Assembly (NCBI GenBank): GCA_040954595.2
Contig: CM082593.2
Span: forward strand, 3,551,434 to 3,615,433
Origin: Balanoglossus misakiensis
Lineage: Eukaryota > Animalia > Hemichordata
Direction of reading: 5' to 3'
Length of the DNA stretch: 64,000 nt
Below, piece after piece: positions 1 to 13,900 of this stretch. The notes beneath the pieces are model-generated. The model searched no databases, had not been told where the DNA came from, and saw only the letters and a program-made list of their open reading frames with translations. The position numbers were made by a program, and so were the translations under genes. How positions within the stretch are numbered: the stretch's first letter is position 1; each line of letters opens with the position of its first letter.

Positions 1-3000
1 GTCTGTCCCCGAACGGACGCCCTCAACTTCCCGCTTCGCAGCACGTGTATGACAGAGTGCACCACGGATACCGACTGCGTCAGTGAATGGAAGTGTTGCT
101 CCGATGGTGGTTGTAGTATGATCTGCCGACCTCCCGTGGCAACAGCCACCGACGACACCATGGAAACCAAGATGGTGGCCCAGCACGGCGAGACCAAGAC
201 AACCAGCATGCTGATTGGCTCAAGTAAGCAAACCTGCCATTCAAACCAAATATGCCCCCTTTTCATTGTTTCCAACTTTGATTCACTTGATGTGAGTTCT
301 ACCGTACATGCATGGTTCTGGAATCTTGTGTCATCTCCAGTGGCTCTAAAGACTCAAATTTTAGCTCTAACAGTTTCCTCTGAATTTTCTTTGTACCTCC
401 ACACAGCCAAGTCAGGAGATTGTCCCAACATTGCACCGTACGGCTGGAACTTCCAAGTCTGCATTTCTCACTGTAATGTGGACATCGACTGCCCCGGCGA
501 TAACAAGTGTTGTTCCAATGGATGCGGAAGTCAGTGTATGCCACCAATGAACCCCAGTAAGTACAGTAATATATCTTTTGGGAGATTGGCTATTGTTACT
601 TCTTACTGTCACTGTTCTAGCCACAGTGTAACTTAATTATATAAGACCCATCGCAAAACTTGCCATTCACAATCCAATCATCTCATTGGTTCACAGCTAA
701 ATTCGGCATGTGCCCGATGAACCAACCACGTCAGAGGTGCGACAGCACAGTCCACAGTTCATGCATGGAAGATTCCGACTGCATGGGCAACAAGAAATGC
801 TGCAATACTGGCTGCGGTCTGCAGTGTGTCGTCCCTGATGTTGACAGTGAGTCTACTGTCTGGTCGTTCTATCATAGGACATTTTTCATGCTTTAGAATG
901 AAAAAGGGGTTTTATATAGTCCTATATCCCACTTTCATGACCCATGAATATCCTTACATCAAATGAGATTCAAAAGTAGCCTTTCAAAAGTCAGTTAATC
1001 ACTAGGCAGATTTATAATTAACTTGAGAGAAAGTGTCTATAATGGTTAAAACTTTCAGCTTCAAATTTCACAGCTGGAAACCATTCTGATTTTGTTTTCT
1101 GACTTGTGCTCATATCTATGGTATATTGTGCTCTTGGAAAAAACTGTTTCAACAAAAAAAATCTCACCCCCCCCCCTCCCTCCTTTCAGCAACCATTTGT
1201 CCATCCCTGCCAACTACTTGCACCAAGATCTGCACAGAGGGTTACGCCACCAACAGAGACGGTTGTGAAATCTGCAAGTGCAAGAAACCAGAGTCCAGAT
1301 GCAATGAAGTGACCTGTGATATGTTCTGTCAGTACGGATGGGCGACCGATTCCAACGGCTGCAACATCTGCTTGTGCAAAAAACCAAGTAAGTCAATCTC
1401 CCCTGAAAATTCTGAGAAGGGTCTGTTCTAAGTTACAGGGATGTTGCCATGAATTCATTGCTTGTGATTTGTCTGTTTAGTAATGGTTTCTTACTACGCT
1501 TGGCTTTCCTCACCAGTGATGCCCACAATGAACATGATGTCACCTATGATGAGTTCCGTGTTCTGTAAACCTATCACAAGAGAGACATGCAGAGTGTCCT
1601 GTACCTACGGCTATGCAACTGATTCTGTCGGATGCGAAGTCTGCAGCTGCAGGAAGCCTAGTAAGTGAACATGATCAATCATGATGGCACTAGCCCAGAT
1701 TTTGTCAAAGAAAATTAGTGAACTGCAAGTGATTTTTCATGGAGTGACGTTTACCAGGTGTAACAAGGTGGATATGCAAATTAGCAATAACTGATGGATA
1801 TTGGTTTTATTTTGTAACAGAGACTGGATGTACTCCTCTGACCACCTGTGCCCAATATTGCCCCTACGGCTATGCTACAAATATGGATGGATGTGACATG
1901 TGTATGTGCAAACAGCCAAGTGAGTAGAAGATAATTGCCGATTACTGGTTTACCGGTATAACTCCCATATACATATGCAAATTAGCTGGAGGAAAGTAAT
2001 AGTCTTCAGCAAGCTACTCATTGAAGATCTTTTTGTGTAAATTAATTTAACTGATTTCTTGTTCTTTTGACAGCCATCTCGTTTGTCAGCATGGGAATGT
2101 GCACTCCTCTGACTGATGAGACCTGTGACAAGACTGTGTCGTGTCCTCACGGCTTTGCAACCAATGAACAAGGCTGTGAGATATGCAAATGCAAGAATCC
2201 AGGTGAGCAGACCGTGATTGGATGAAAAGCCATATTTTGAAAATTCCAGTTTAACTGTCCTATTTTAGAATGAAAATAATATGAAAATGTGGAGAAACGT
2301 CTGAACATTAATTTGCACTCAAATTTATTAATTTTTTAACAACTAATTTGAATTGCACCATTTCTTTCAAATGTAATTTAGAAGAAATTCTTCATATGTT
2401 ATATTGCAGTTACAGAGAGTGGACTCCTGGAGTTGTGTGACAAGATGTGCCCATTTGGATATGCCACTAATGACGACGGTTCAACAATTTGCAAATGCAA
2501 AATGCCATGTAAGTATTACATAAATGTATACAGCTCTAGCACATGTGGTAATAGTGACAGAGAGTTTTCACAATGTCTGCAGTGCCCTGTCTTGTCAAGA
2601 TTTGGTGAAGACAAGCGCTTCACTCAATTCAGCGTGTTGCATTTTAACTTAACAGCAACCTGTTCCCCTATCGACACCCGTTCTTGCGACAAGGATTGCC
2701 CGTTCGGCTTAGCCACCGACATGTTCGGTTGCGAGGTCTGCACGTGCAAGCAGCCTGAGGGATCGTGCGTCACCAACATGGAGAACTGCCCTGTGAAGGA
2801 TATGTGTGCCTTTGGATTGGCCACTGATGCTGAAGGATGTGAAATCTGCAAGTGCAAGATGCCAAGTAAGTGACAGGCAGAACGATACTAATCATAAACG
2901 GTCGTAGTTGACGTTTGATTTGATTTCTGACTGTTGAAGCAAATAAATGATTTTTATACTGTCGAAGAATCTTAATTATCTCAAGATCATATAAGTGTTT

Positions 3001-6000
3001 TCAATTGCATATTAGGAACCTGCACACCTGTTACCCCAATGACATGCAAATTAAACTGTATCTTTGGCATGGCAAGCGATGAGAGTGGCTGTGAAATCTG
3101 CAAGTGTAAGAAACCAGGTGAGACATTTCACACTTGATCAGTTTTCACCAAAACGGTCAAATTTGCTTTGCATTCCTGATGATGTACCGTATGTATTTTT
3201 GTGGTCAGTTGAGTGATTCCGGGAAAAATGTTATTCCTGGATGCCACATCATTGATATTTAACAAATAAAGATATTAGATTTGTATTATTTATTTGTTTG
3301 TTTGTTTGTTTATATTTCAGTCACTGAGTGTAACCCGGTGACCAATGAGATGTGCGGAAAGATGTGTCCATTTGGATTGGCCACTGACAGTCAGGGATGT
3401 GACAAGTGTATGTGCAAACAACCAAGTGAGTATCATCAGAAACCCTACTGGCAGTTTTCCCTTTGTCACTGAAGGGGGTTTAGGTGTGCTCTAACTGGTG
3501 CATAGCTCTGCATTTGAAAATTTCAGAAATTTTACAAAATTTCCATTTCTTTGCAGACATGGTGATGAACATGTCACCCATGGACAAGGCATTGTCTGTA
3601 TCCAACACACCAATGTGTAAACCGGTCACATGTGAAATGGCTTGCAGAGATGGGTTTGCCACTGACATGCTGGGATGTGAAATCTGTGCATGCAAGAAAT
3701 CAAGTAAGGAAATTGTCAAGTTGATCATCATGAACATTGGTTTCTTATACCTTTGTCAATTTGATTTCTGATCACAATCTTCATGTTTTCAGACTCGGAG
3801 TGCACAGTGAAAATGGACAAAACTAAGTGCCCGATGATGGACCAGTGTCCGTACGGTCTGTCGACCGACATGGAAGGTTGTGAAATCTGCCAGTGTAAAC
3901 AACCAGGTAATTATCAAGAGAGTTTATTTTAATAATATAATATGAAATGACATCTCTTTTGATGAGTTTTGAATAGCAGAAATGCACTTAGTTGCCATTG
4001 TAATATGTTGGGATCTACAATGATACACAGACAGAAATTTCTTGCAATTTAATTCTGACATATTTCTTTCAGTGATGTGCCCCAATCCAGTGACCCCTAT
4101 GACCTGCTCAGAGACCTGTTTCTATGGTTACGCTACTGACAGCAATGGCTGTGCGAAGTGCATGTGTAAAAAACCAAGTAAGTTGAATCAATACATTTTA
4201 AGTCTTTGAGATGATAACTTCAGGTATAGACAAAAAATTGTTCATATTTCTTACATATGGCTTTGACAATTTTTGACTTCTTCAGTGAAGTGTTAGTATA
4301 TCAAGATTTCGGACTAATTCTAAAAATTGATGTCCTTTTTTTCAGTCTTGGAATGCCCACCGATGACCACCAACAAGTGTGCTAAGACTTGTACATATGG
4401 ATATGCAAGTGATAGTCAGGGATGCGAAATCTGTATGTGCAAGCAACCAAGTAAGTCATGAGAAAAATATTGATGTGTTCTGGATGTTGTACAGTTAATT
4501 TTAGGGGTGTGTCAGATTCTGTGTACTAAACCATTGTACACTTTCTGCCTATGCAGTTGCTGTACCCGTTACTGTGACGACAAACGCATACTGCCCTCCC
4601 GTAGTGTGCCGCATGAGATGTGTAAACGGTTGGGCCTCCGACGCCCAGGGTTGTGAAATCTGTCGCTGCAAAGATCCAGGTCAGTAAAAATACAAGTTTT
4701 ATTCTTTGCTATGGTTCAGTCCAAACCCATTGGTTTGATCAAGTAAACATTTTTCATAGTTTTGTATTTTCCCCTAACCATCATAGTTGGCACTTGCCCA
4801 GTCATCCGTGATGAAATCTGCCCAGACAAGAAGTTCTGTCCGAGCGGTCTTGCCACTAACTCTGACGGCTGTGAAATCTGCAAGTGTAAACAACCAGGTG
4901 GGTGTTCATGGAAGACAACTTGCATAACTTATCTTGAATTACGGTGAAAATGTCTTGAACTTTTTTTGTCAAACAAATAGAATTATACTATGCCAAATAG
5001 CCTTAATTAAGTTGTAGGGTTATGCCAAATTGTTGATTATGAAGGGGTTAAAGCTGTGGGTACAATGTACCGGTACTATCTGATATTCCCTATGGCTGTT
5101 TTCTTTACAGTGACATGCCATGCCATTGATCGTAGTGTCTGTGACAAGGACTGTCCTCATGGTTTTGCTACATCTGAGAATGGATGTGAGACTTGCATGT
5201 GTAAGAAGATCCCCTCGCGTAAGTAAAATTCGAAAAAAATTGGGTCAAAAATGACAATTGTCAAAATTTCTGTGATATACTCAATGGTTTTTGGAACACG
5301 TTTTAAAGACAGCTGAAATTACTCAAATAGGAGGAGAAATTTTTCTGATTAGTTCTCAAATTAATTTACAGTGGACTCAGCTCGCAGCAAGAATGGTATG
5401 GTGTGCCCACAAGTGGATTCCGACACCTTCGGCATCTGCATGAGTGAATGCGTCACCGATGGTGAGTGTGCGGACAACAAGATGTGCTGCAGTAATGGAT
5501 GCGGCAGAATGTGTACGGAACCAGTGAGACCAGGTAAAGATTACCACCTCGGGTGTCAGTGCTGAAACTTGTTTTTGAAAAGTGCCTATCAATATCAAAG
5601 TTATTAGGTCCGCTATAGGCATATGTAAATCATCAGGACTCACAAGACACAACCAATCATGATTCCATACTATAGTCATGTGATCAGTTCAGGACACTGT
5701 ATTTCCATGTATAATAAAAGCCATTATTTGTTCAAAAAAAATACAGAATCAATCTGCACACCAGTTACCAAGAACGACTGTAAATTGAACTGCAACTGGG
5801 GTCTGGCCACCGACTTCCGGGGCTGTGAAGTCTGCAAGTGCAAGTCCATGCCATTCCAAGCATACCACGCCATCAAAATGAATATCAGGGCAGTCTGTAA
5901 GCCCATGACCGAAGAGACATGCTCCAGGACTTGCACTCACGGATTTGCCACTGACAATACTGGGTGCGAGAAATGTGAATGCAGAACCCTAGGTGAGGCT

Positions 6001-7926
6001 AAATCTGAATTTGACTATAGAGCAGTAACACTTAAGTGGGTGAAAATGTGACTCATAGATCACTGTATAATTTGAAGAAATTTAAATACTAACTTAATTA
6101 TCATATGATTTAATTGGTTGTCATTTCATGGTTCAACAGATGTGTCCTGCCCCACTGTGAATGAAAACATGTGCCCCCTGATGAAGACATCACCGTTTGG
6201 ATTGGCCACCAATGCTGATGGCTGCGATGTCTGTGCACCCAGAAATCCCATCATGTGTACGCCTAACACCTGCAACAAGATGTGTGCTCGTGGTTTTGCG
6301 ACCGACAACAGGGGATGCGAGATTTGTGAATGCAAAAAATCAGGTTTGTGAAATGTATGAGCTGGGATACAGGTTTTGACATGATGACATGAGCACTAAG
6401 CACATACACCTTCAGATGAAAAGAAATTTCAATTCATGAATAATTATATGGCAATTTTATGTTTCTACTTCCAGCTCAATATTGTGTATCCGTGACATTC
6501 CGTACATGTCCTGTGATGGCGGTCTGTCCAAATGGACTCGCAACCAATGAGAATGGATGCGAAATTTGCAAGTGTAAGATGCCCCAGGGTAAGTTGGTTT
6601 TTAAAAACACATCCAGTTTCGACATTTTATAGACTGGTAAAGTTTGGCTGAATTTTTAGGAAAACAGCAAAAACAATCATGGTAACATCACTTTCATTTA
6701 TAGCCACCACAGTGATGGAAGCCAATACAGACATGACTTTTACTGAGACCACCGATACGAAGATGGTTCCCACAGATGTCATCTGTAAGGCTGTCAATCT
6801 GCTGTCCTGTCACAAGAACTGTCTCCATGGATACGCAACCGATGTCCAGGGATGTGATATCTGCATGTGCAAGAAGGATAGTAAGTGTAGAGGGCGTGAA
6901 TGACGGTGATGGACAAATATGTTGGCCCCTAATTTCAGTCAAATAAACGTTGTCTTCTCACTCTGCTCACTATTCACAATTACTGTATGATAGAAATATT
7001 TGTGGACATTTTCTTTGAGAAGTTCTCTCAATGACTGAATTGATATTTTTTTTATAACAGAGAATGAATGTCCTAGGTTGGATGAAAACAGCTGTCCATT
7101 GATGAAGATGTGTGCATTTGGAATGATCACAGACAATGAAGGATGTGAGATCTGTGGTTGCAAACAACCAGGTGAGAACATGGTTATTGTTTCAACAGTT
7201 CTGGCTGCAGATGCAAATTTTAGAGGCAAATACGACTATCAATGTTTTTCGAATCTGTTGTACGCAGAAAACTGAAATAAGAGTTTTTGTCATGTTTAAG
7301 CCACTAAAAAGTTTCACTTTACATCTAACCAATTTGGTGAACATAGTAACGTTGTTTAATTCTTCATCATACTTTTAATTTTCTAGCTATGTGCACACCT
7401 TTGAACAAGCATATCTGTGACATTGACTGTGAATTTGGTCTGGCCACCAACGAGCAGGGCTGTGAAGTGTGCACATGCAAGACATCTCGTAAGTAAAATC
7501 GACTTGTGTGTACAGTCAGTTTACATGACAGAGACAGACTTTTCATGAAAGTTTATGTATATAATAATATACATAATATAATAAATTGAAATATTACGTG
7601 TTGGGAAGCAAAAGATACAATTTTTATCACCAGCACAAGATTTTATTCCATGTTTCTTGACTGTCCCAAAACTGCCATGGATGTAAAAAGGGTCCTTCAT
7701 TTTTTGACCATCTGTATTATTGAAACATCTCTATAGCCATAGAATGCACACCTATCAACCCAGTGACATGCAAGAGGACTTGTCCATTTGGTCTGGCTAC
7801 TGACCTTAGAGGATGTGAAATCTGTCTGTGTAAACAGCCAAGTAAGTATACTTAATCTGATTCAGAATCTGATGATGGTGTTGGTAATGATTGTGATGGT
7901 GGTGGTGGTGGTGTTGGTGGTGGTGG

Positions 7927-7964
<38 letters not shown>

Positions 7965-10900
7965 ATTTTCATGTTCAAAATTATCTTCTTTGTTCTCTCC
8001 AGCACTGATTACTAGCGCCAATTTCACCAACACATTGTACGACACAGAAACTCGTACGATGTCAACAGTGATGCCAACCCGATGGATCCCAAGTATCACC
8101 TGCACACCCCTCAACACAATGATCTGTCCCAAGACCTGTAACTATGGTTACATGACCAACAACATGGGTTGTGACATCTGTGACTGCAGAAAATCATGTA
8201 AGCTACATGTACAATCACCATCACTGGTAACAATACTTAATTCTTGACAAATTAAGACAAGTCAACTTGGTTACATACAGCAGTGGCCATTTGAGTTTGG
8301 CTAATTGGCACTTGTCCACTTCTACTTTTGAATTTTCAGCCACTGAGTGTCCGACACTGACCGACAGAGTCTGTCCACTCAAACGCCACTGCGAATATGG
8401 CATGATGACCAACACCGATGGCTGTGAGATTTGTCGCTGCAAACAACCATGTAAGTGAAATCAAAATCCGCCCACATTCACAGGCAATGTGTATTGTGAT
8501 AAGAGCTCTGTGATTGGTCAACTACTGTATGTTTTACTGTTTGATAGCTGTGACCACCAATGAGAATCACTCTCGCTTTCTTATTAAAGCTCTCTGTGAA
8601 AGCAAGCCAATGAACCAATGTAAAGAAAGGAAGGCTTGTATCACTGGTTATGCCACTGATGAGAATGGATGTGAAATCTGTGAATGCAAGAAACCAGGTA
8701 AGGTCAATAAATGCGAAGGGGACATTTTTTCATGAATTACATCAATAAATTAGTCAACATGTTGTTGGTGTCAAATTCATAACCCTCAATTTATGTGTTG
8801 TATTTTCACAGGAAATGAATGCCCCAGTTTCACTTGTGACAAGAACTGTATGCTTGGCTACGCTACCGATGCCGATAGGTGTGAGACTTGCATGTGTAAA
8901 CTACCAAGTAAGTTACATGTGGAATATTAATCACCTACGCTTGTATACCTTTACATGTTACAGAGATAACTTTTTTTCACATTTAATATTTTTCATCTCT
9001 TTTGCAGAAACTAATCCACCATTCATGGACGCCTTAGAGCTGCGAGACACATACACCACCCCGAAGATTCTGCCGACAAGAAACACAATGGTGCACCCAC
9101 TTCTACACGTGTTCAACAAACCCTGCAGCCCAGTCAACCCGGCCACCTGCAACAAGAATTGTCCCCATGGTTACGCGACCTGCGCAAGTTGCTGTGAGAT
9201 CTGCAAGTGCAGGAAGCCAGGTGCGTCAGTCTACCTTGCAAAATGTATGTTTCTAACAGTTTGAAGACATACAAAATATTCTTTTGAAATCAGGAAATTT
9301 GTGCAAGACACATGGAAATGGTAACAATTTCAACTGTCATCCTCAGATAAAACACGTATTTTTAAATCAGTTTAAAATTTTTTAACAGCGTCTGAGTGCC
9401 CGGAAGTGAAAGTGGAAGAATGTCCCATGAAAGAAACTTGTCCGTACGGATTAAGTACGAATTCTGAGGGATGTGATGTCTGCCAATGCAGAAAACCAAG
9501 TAGGTTCCTCTTGTATAGTCAAGCAAATTTCTGACTGGCATTTTCCTGCTGTGTACTATATTGTCAAACTGACAAATTTTGTGTAATGTCTTTGCCGAAA
9601 TAAGCTTGATAATCTAGTTATTATTCTTCAGATATGTGCATATGATATCATGTGGTAAGAACCACTGAACGCAAACTCTGATTTTGTTTCAGTAACATGC
9701 CCACCAGTCAATGCCTACACCTGCCCTAAAGTCTGTCCACACGGTTATGCCACCAACAACAGGGGATGTGCCATCTGTCAGTGTTTGAACACTGGTAAGT
9801 TAACGAGATATTGCTGTGTCCATTTACAAACATGACTTTGTTCACAATTTCAGGAATTTGTATAACTTCTGTTCTGTAACATAAATGTCTTTTCATCTTT
9901 GTAAATCTTACTGTTCACTGAACTATCCTAACAATTATGTGCTGGTATTTCCGTAGGTCCATCGTGCCCAACTGTGAACCCACACACCTGTCCCAAGACC
10001 TGCATGGAGGGCTATGCCACTGATTCAGAAGGTTGCCAGGTCTGCAAGTGTCGTCAGCCATGTAAGTGAGATTTTCCCATCTTTGGATTGTAATGCAAGT
10101 CAGTAATAGTGTTTGCCACTTGTCACACAATTGTACGGTACATAAAAATGAAATTCTGTGATTCCAATGAATGGCAGAAATGGTTGGTTTGGAGCTTCAC
10201 GGTTATGTGCTTCTGTTTTGCAGCAAGCAAAATTGGTATCTCCCTGAAGACCTTCATGCCCGAGATGGAAACCTGCGAAACTGTGGACTGCGACTTGAAC
10301 TGTCCAAACGGGTATGCCACTGACTCCACGGGCTGCCACGTCTGCACGTGCAGAAAACGCGAGTACGACTGCCCGATGGCGCCCATGTGCAGCGAAAACT
10401 GCCCTCTAGGGTTCGAGACCGCCGTGGACGGCTGCCCCTCGTGCACCTGCAAGACGCCCAAACAGTGCCGTGCCATGACCCCAATGACATGTGACAGAAA
10501 CTGCCCAATGGGCTACGCCACGGACATCCAGGGATGCGACATCTGCAAGTGCAAGAAGCCAAGTAAGTACCCTGTCGCTTATCCCTAGAAAAGTGAGGCA
10601 TGTCTATTCAGATATAGGGATGAGAGCTGAAAGTTTCTGCAATAGTTTTATGGATGTTACTCTAATCACCTAATGTATCAGGAAACTAAAACAGTAACTC
10701 AAGAATTAAACAATGTCTGTCCATTTCCATGTTCAATACAGAAAGACAGTGTGGCACCAGAATGAGGGACATGAGTTGCACCTTGACCACTGAGTGTCCG
10801 TTCGGTCTGGCTACGGACAACGACGGCTGCGAGATCTGCCAGTGCAAGATGCCCAGCTTCAACAGCAACAACATGATGATGATGATGTCACCGACGACAA

Positions 10901-13900
10901 CCAACAACAAGAGGATGACCTCCTGCATGCCCGTCACCAGGGAAACCTGCTCCAGGATGTGCCGCAACGGTTATGCCACTGATGTAAACGGTTGTGACGT
11001 GTGCAAATGTAAACGCCCAGGTAAACATCTCAATTATATTATTGTATAATTTCATCTTTAACTTTGAACCTGTAACTACCAGAATTTGGTACAACCCACA
11101 TGTAATTTTGCTGCGTGGTTTTGTTCTCTTCTGTAGAGTCCGAGTGTGCCAGGATGCGTGAGTCGACCTGTCAGATGAAGAGGTCCTGCCCATATGGTTT
11201 GGCCACTGATGAATCTGGTTGTGAAATCTGTCAGTGCAAAATGCCTTGTAAGTGTGCCATAAACCTGTGTAAAGCAGGTGGTGATTGGCGCAAGAGGTTC
11301 ATAATTTCACATCCTAGCCAATCAGTCTTTGCCTATTATCAGACCATGTTAAGCTCTTTGGTGAAACAATTTGATCTACGACAACAGAAGATATAATAAA
11401 AAAAAATTTCCAACAACATTTTGACATGATTTCTGTCTCTTTTCTTACGACTCCAGTGACCTGCCCGAACAAAAGATGCGATTCCATCTGCGAGGAAGGA
11501 TATGCCACTGATGTGAATGGATGTGAGACATGCCAGTGTAAACGCACCACAAACGACGAACGCTGTGATGAAATCAACTCACAGAACTGTGACCTGACAT
11601 GTCCTCTGGGATTGGCCACTGATAACATGCAGTGTGAAATCTGCAAATGCAAGAACCCATGTAAGTTTGTGTCTGTACATGTTTCTTTATAAGATATTAT
11701 GTCGACTGCCAAAAATTTCAACAGCAAAAGTACACACCAAAGCTGAAATAATGCTGTTTGCTTTTTGTTACAGCCGTCACTTCGATGAACGTGTTGCGTC
11801 AAGTCATGGAGAAGATGTCGCCAAAGAACGAGATGCCGTTCTTCTCGATGGCTCTGATGAGCCAACTGACCACCACCACAACAGCCACCGACGTCATGCC
11901 CATGAACAACCAGTGCCCGCCTGTGCGTTGCAAACTCTACTGCAAACATGGCTTCGCTGAGGACCCAAAGACTGGCTGCGATACATGCATGTGCAAAGAT
12001 GGTAAGATCTCAAAGCCTGTGCAGTGTTTCCAACATTTTTTTACATAAGTTTGACTTGATTTTTAAAATTTCATAATAAATTTAAGTCATAGAAAATTTA
12101 AAATAAACATCAGAAAACCTTATTTTCCAATCCAAAAAACATGAATCACAAATGTCTTGAATCTGTTTATTCTTATTCTCTGACAATTTATAACCTGTAT
12201 ATTTTGTGTTTTTCAGCCCCTAAGCTTGGATGCCCAGCTGTCAGCTACGGCACCGTAGGCATGTGTGTGGATTTCTGTGGCACTGACACAGATTGCCCAC
12301 ATGATTCTCTGTGTTGCTCCAATGGCTGTGGAAAGACATGTGTGAAGGCAATGTCCACTGGTAAGTACTGCAGTGACGTGCCTCATGATAAGTAAAAGGG
12401 ATATGTTCTGGTAAGTGGACACTTTCCATTGGTCGGTCATAATATTGGCTGGTTGATAAGTGTATATATGTGTGGTTTAATACTCCCTCAAAAAGCACTG
12501 TTTAATTTCACATGTTAATTCCTCATATTCCATAAATGTCTTTCCCTTTGCAGAATGCGTTGACGAGCACGGCCTGACCCACTCCGAAGGTGACCTCTGG
12601 CACCGCGATTCCTGCACCAGGTGTAGCTGTCTTCACGGAAAGATCAAGTGCACCAGCATGGAATGCCAACCAGTCCCGGAGGGCTGCATGCCAGTCTACC
12701 AGACCGGACAGTGCTGTCCAACCTTCCAGTGCAGTGAGTGCCCTCCTCTTGAATTGCTAATGATTAATTTAGATAAACTGAATTTTTAGAGGTATTAATG
12801 GCAGTGTCAACCTCCTTTTCTTGTCTCGCAGCCGAGTCAACTTGCGACCGAGAGGGAGAAATGTGGATGGATGACGTCTGCACCAACTGCACGTGTAAAG
12901 AGGGAGTCACTCACTGTATGAGTCAGAGCTGTCCTAAGGTCAAACCAGGCTGTGTGCCAGTCTACAAGGATGGAAAGTGCTGCCCTGAGATGAAATGCAC
13001 TGGTAGGTTTAGCAGACTATATTTTTTCAGGACAGAGTTTGCAAATAACAGACAAGATGTGAAATAGATTTATATTAGAAACAGTTCAAATGGGGTTGTA
13101 GTTATAAAGAAGGAACATAATCTTTTCTCATATTGTAGGTTGCATCAGTGAAACCAACCGACACTACGAGCATGGCCAGACATGGAACGACGACATGTGT
13201 ACAACCTGCAAGTGCCAGAACGGAGAAAGCATCTGTACATCGATGACCTGTGACGCCCCCAAACCAGGATGCACTGTGATCCCAAAGGAGGGCCAGTGTT
13301 GCCCGACTGTCGTCTGCTCCAAGGGTAGGTTCACCTTCTTGTTGACCAAATTAACCCATTTCTATAAAACCGCATGTTAGCATGATGTGTCATTAGGTTT
13401 GGAGTGTTATGTATAATATATTAGGTATACTTGATTAACACTATTAACGTTTTTTTTCTTCAGGAGAAGAGAAGCCCTGCATATCTGCCTGGAGATCAGT
13501 CCCCACAATGTTGTTGCAAGGAAGACCCGTGCCAGCTCCGGGTGCCTTTGTCCCTGTCTGTGATTTGAACGGTTTCTTCAATGCTACACAGTGCCACATC
13601 ACTGGCTACTGTTGGTGCGTGGATCGATTTGGAGTCGAGAAGACCGGAACTCGTACACGTTATGGCATGCCAGAATGTGGTAAGTTGACACTGGAAAATA
13701 CCCACAGTTGTGTAAAGCACAGCTAGTATTTCCATGAAACACTGTCAAATTAATCAAACCTTTATATACGTAAAATTCACATTCCCTTCAGGCACTCCAG
13801 ATACAAGCTTGATGTTTATCAATCACACAACTAGACTGAATCATCATTCACCAAAATCAAAGTTTCCGAGATCACGATAGTTTTTTCTGAAACTATTCAC

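Noticed and set aside
7788-8132. ORFs with poly-His (minus) and poly-Val/Met (plus) tracts
   Set aside because: They are translations of an intronic (GGT)n/(GAT)n microsatellite; the flanking exons splice in phase around it.
2624-11949. Recurring minus-strand ORFs with a shared LQISHP/SVAxP motif, suggesting an antisense repeat gene
   Set aside because: These are mirror translations of the conserved plus-strand repeat exons; splice signals support only the plus strand.
1190-12001. Regularly spaced GCCAC(C/T)GA...GG(A/C)TGTGAAATCTG words resembling a CRISPR or satellite array
   Set aside because: They vary mainly at third codon positions and are bounded by splice sites, so they are protein-coding repeats in a eukaryotic gene.
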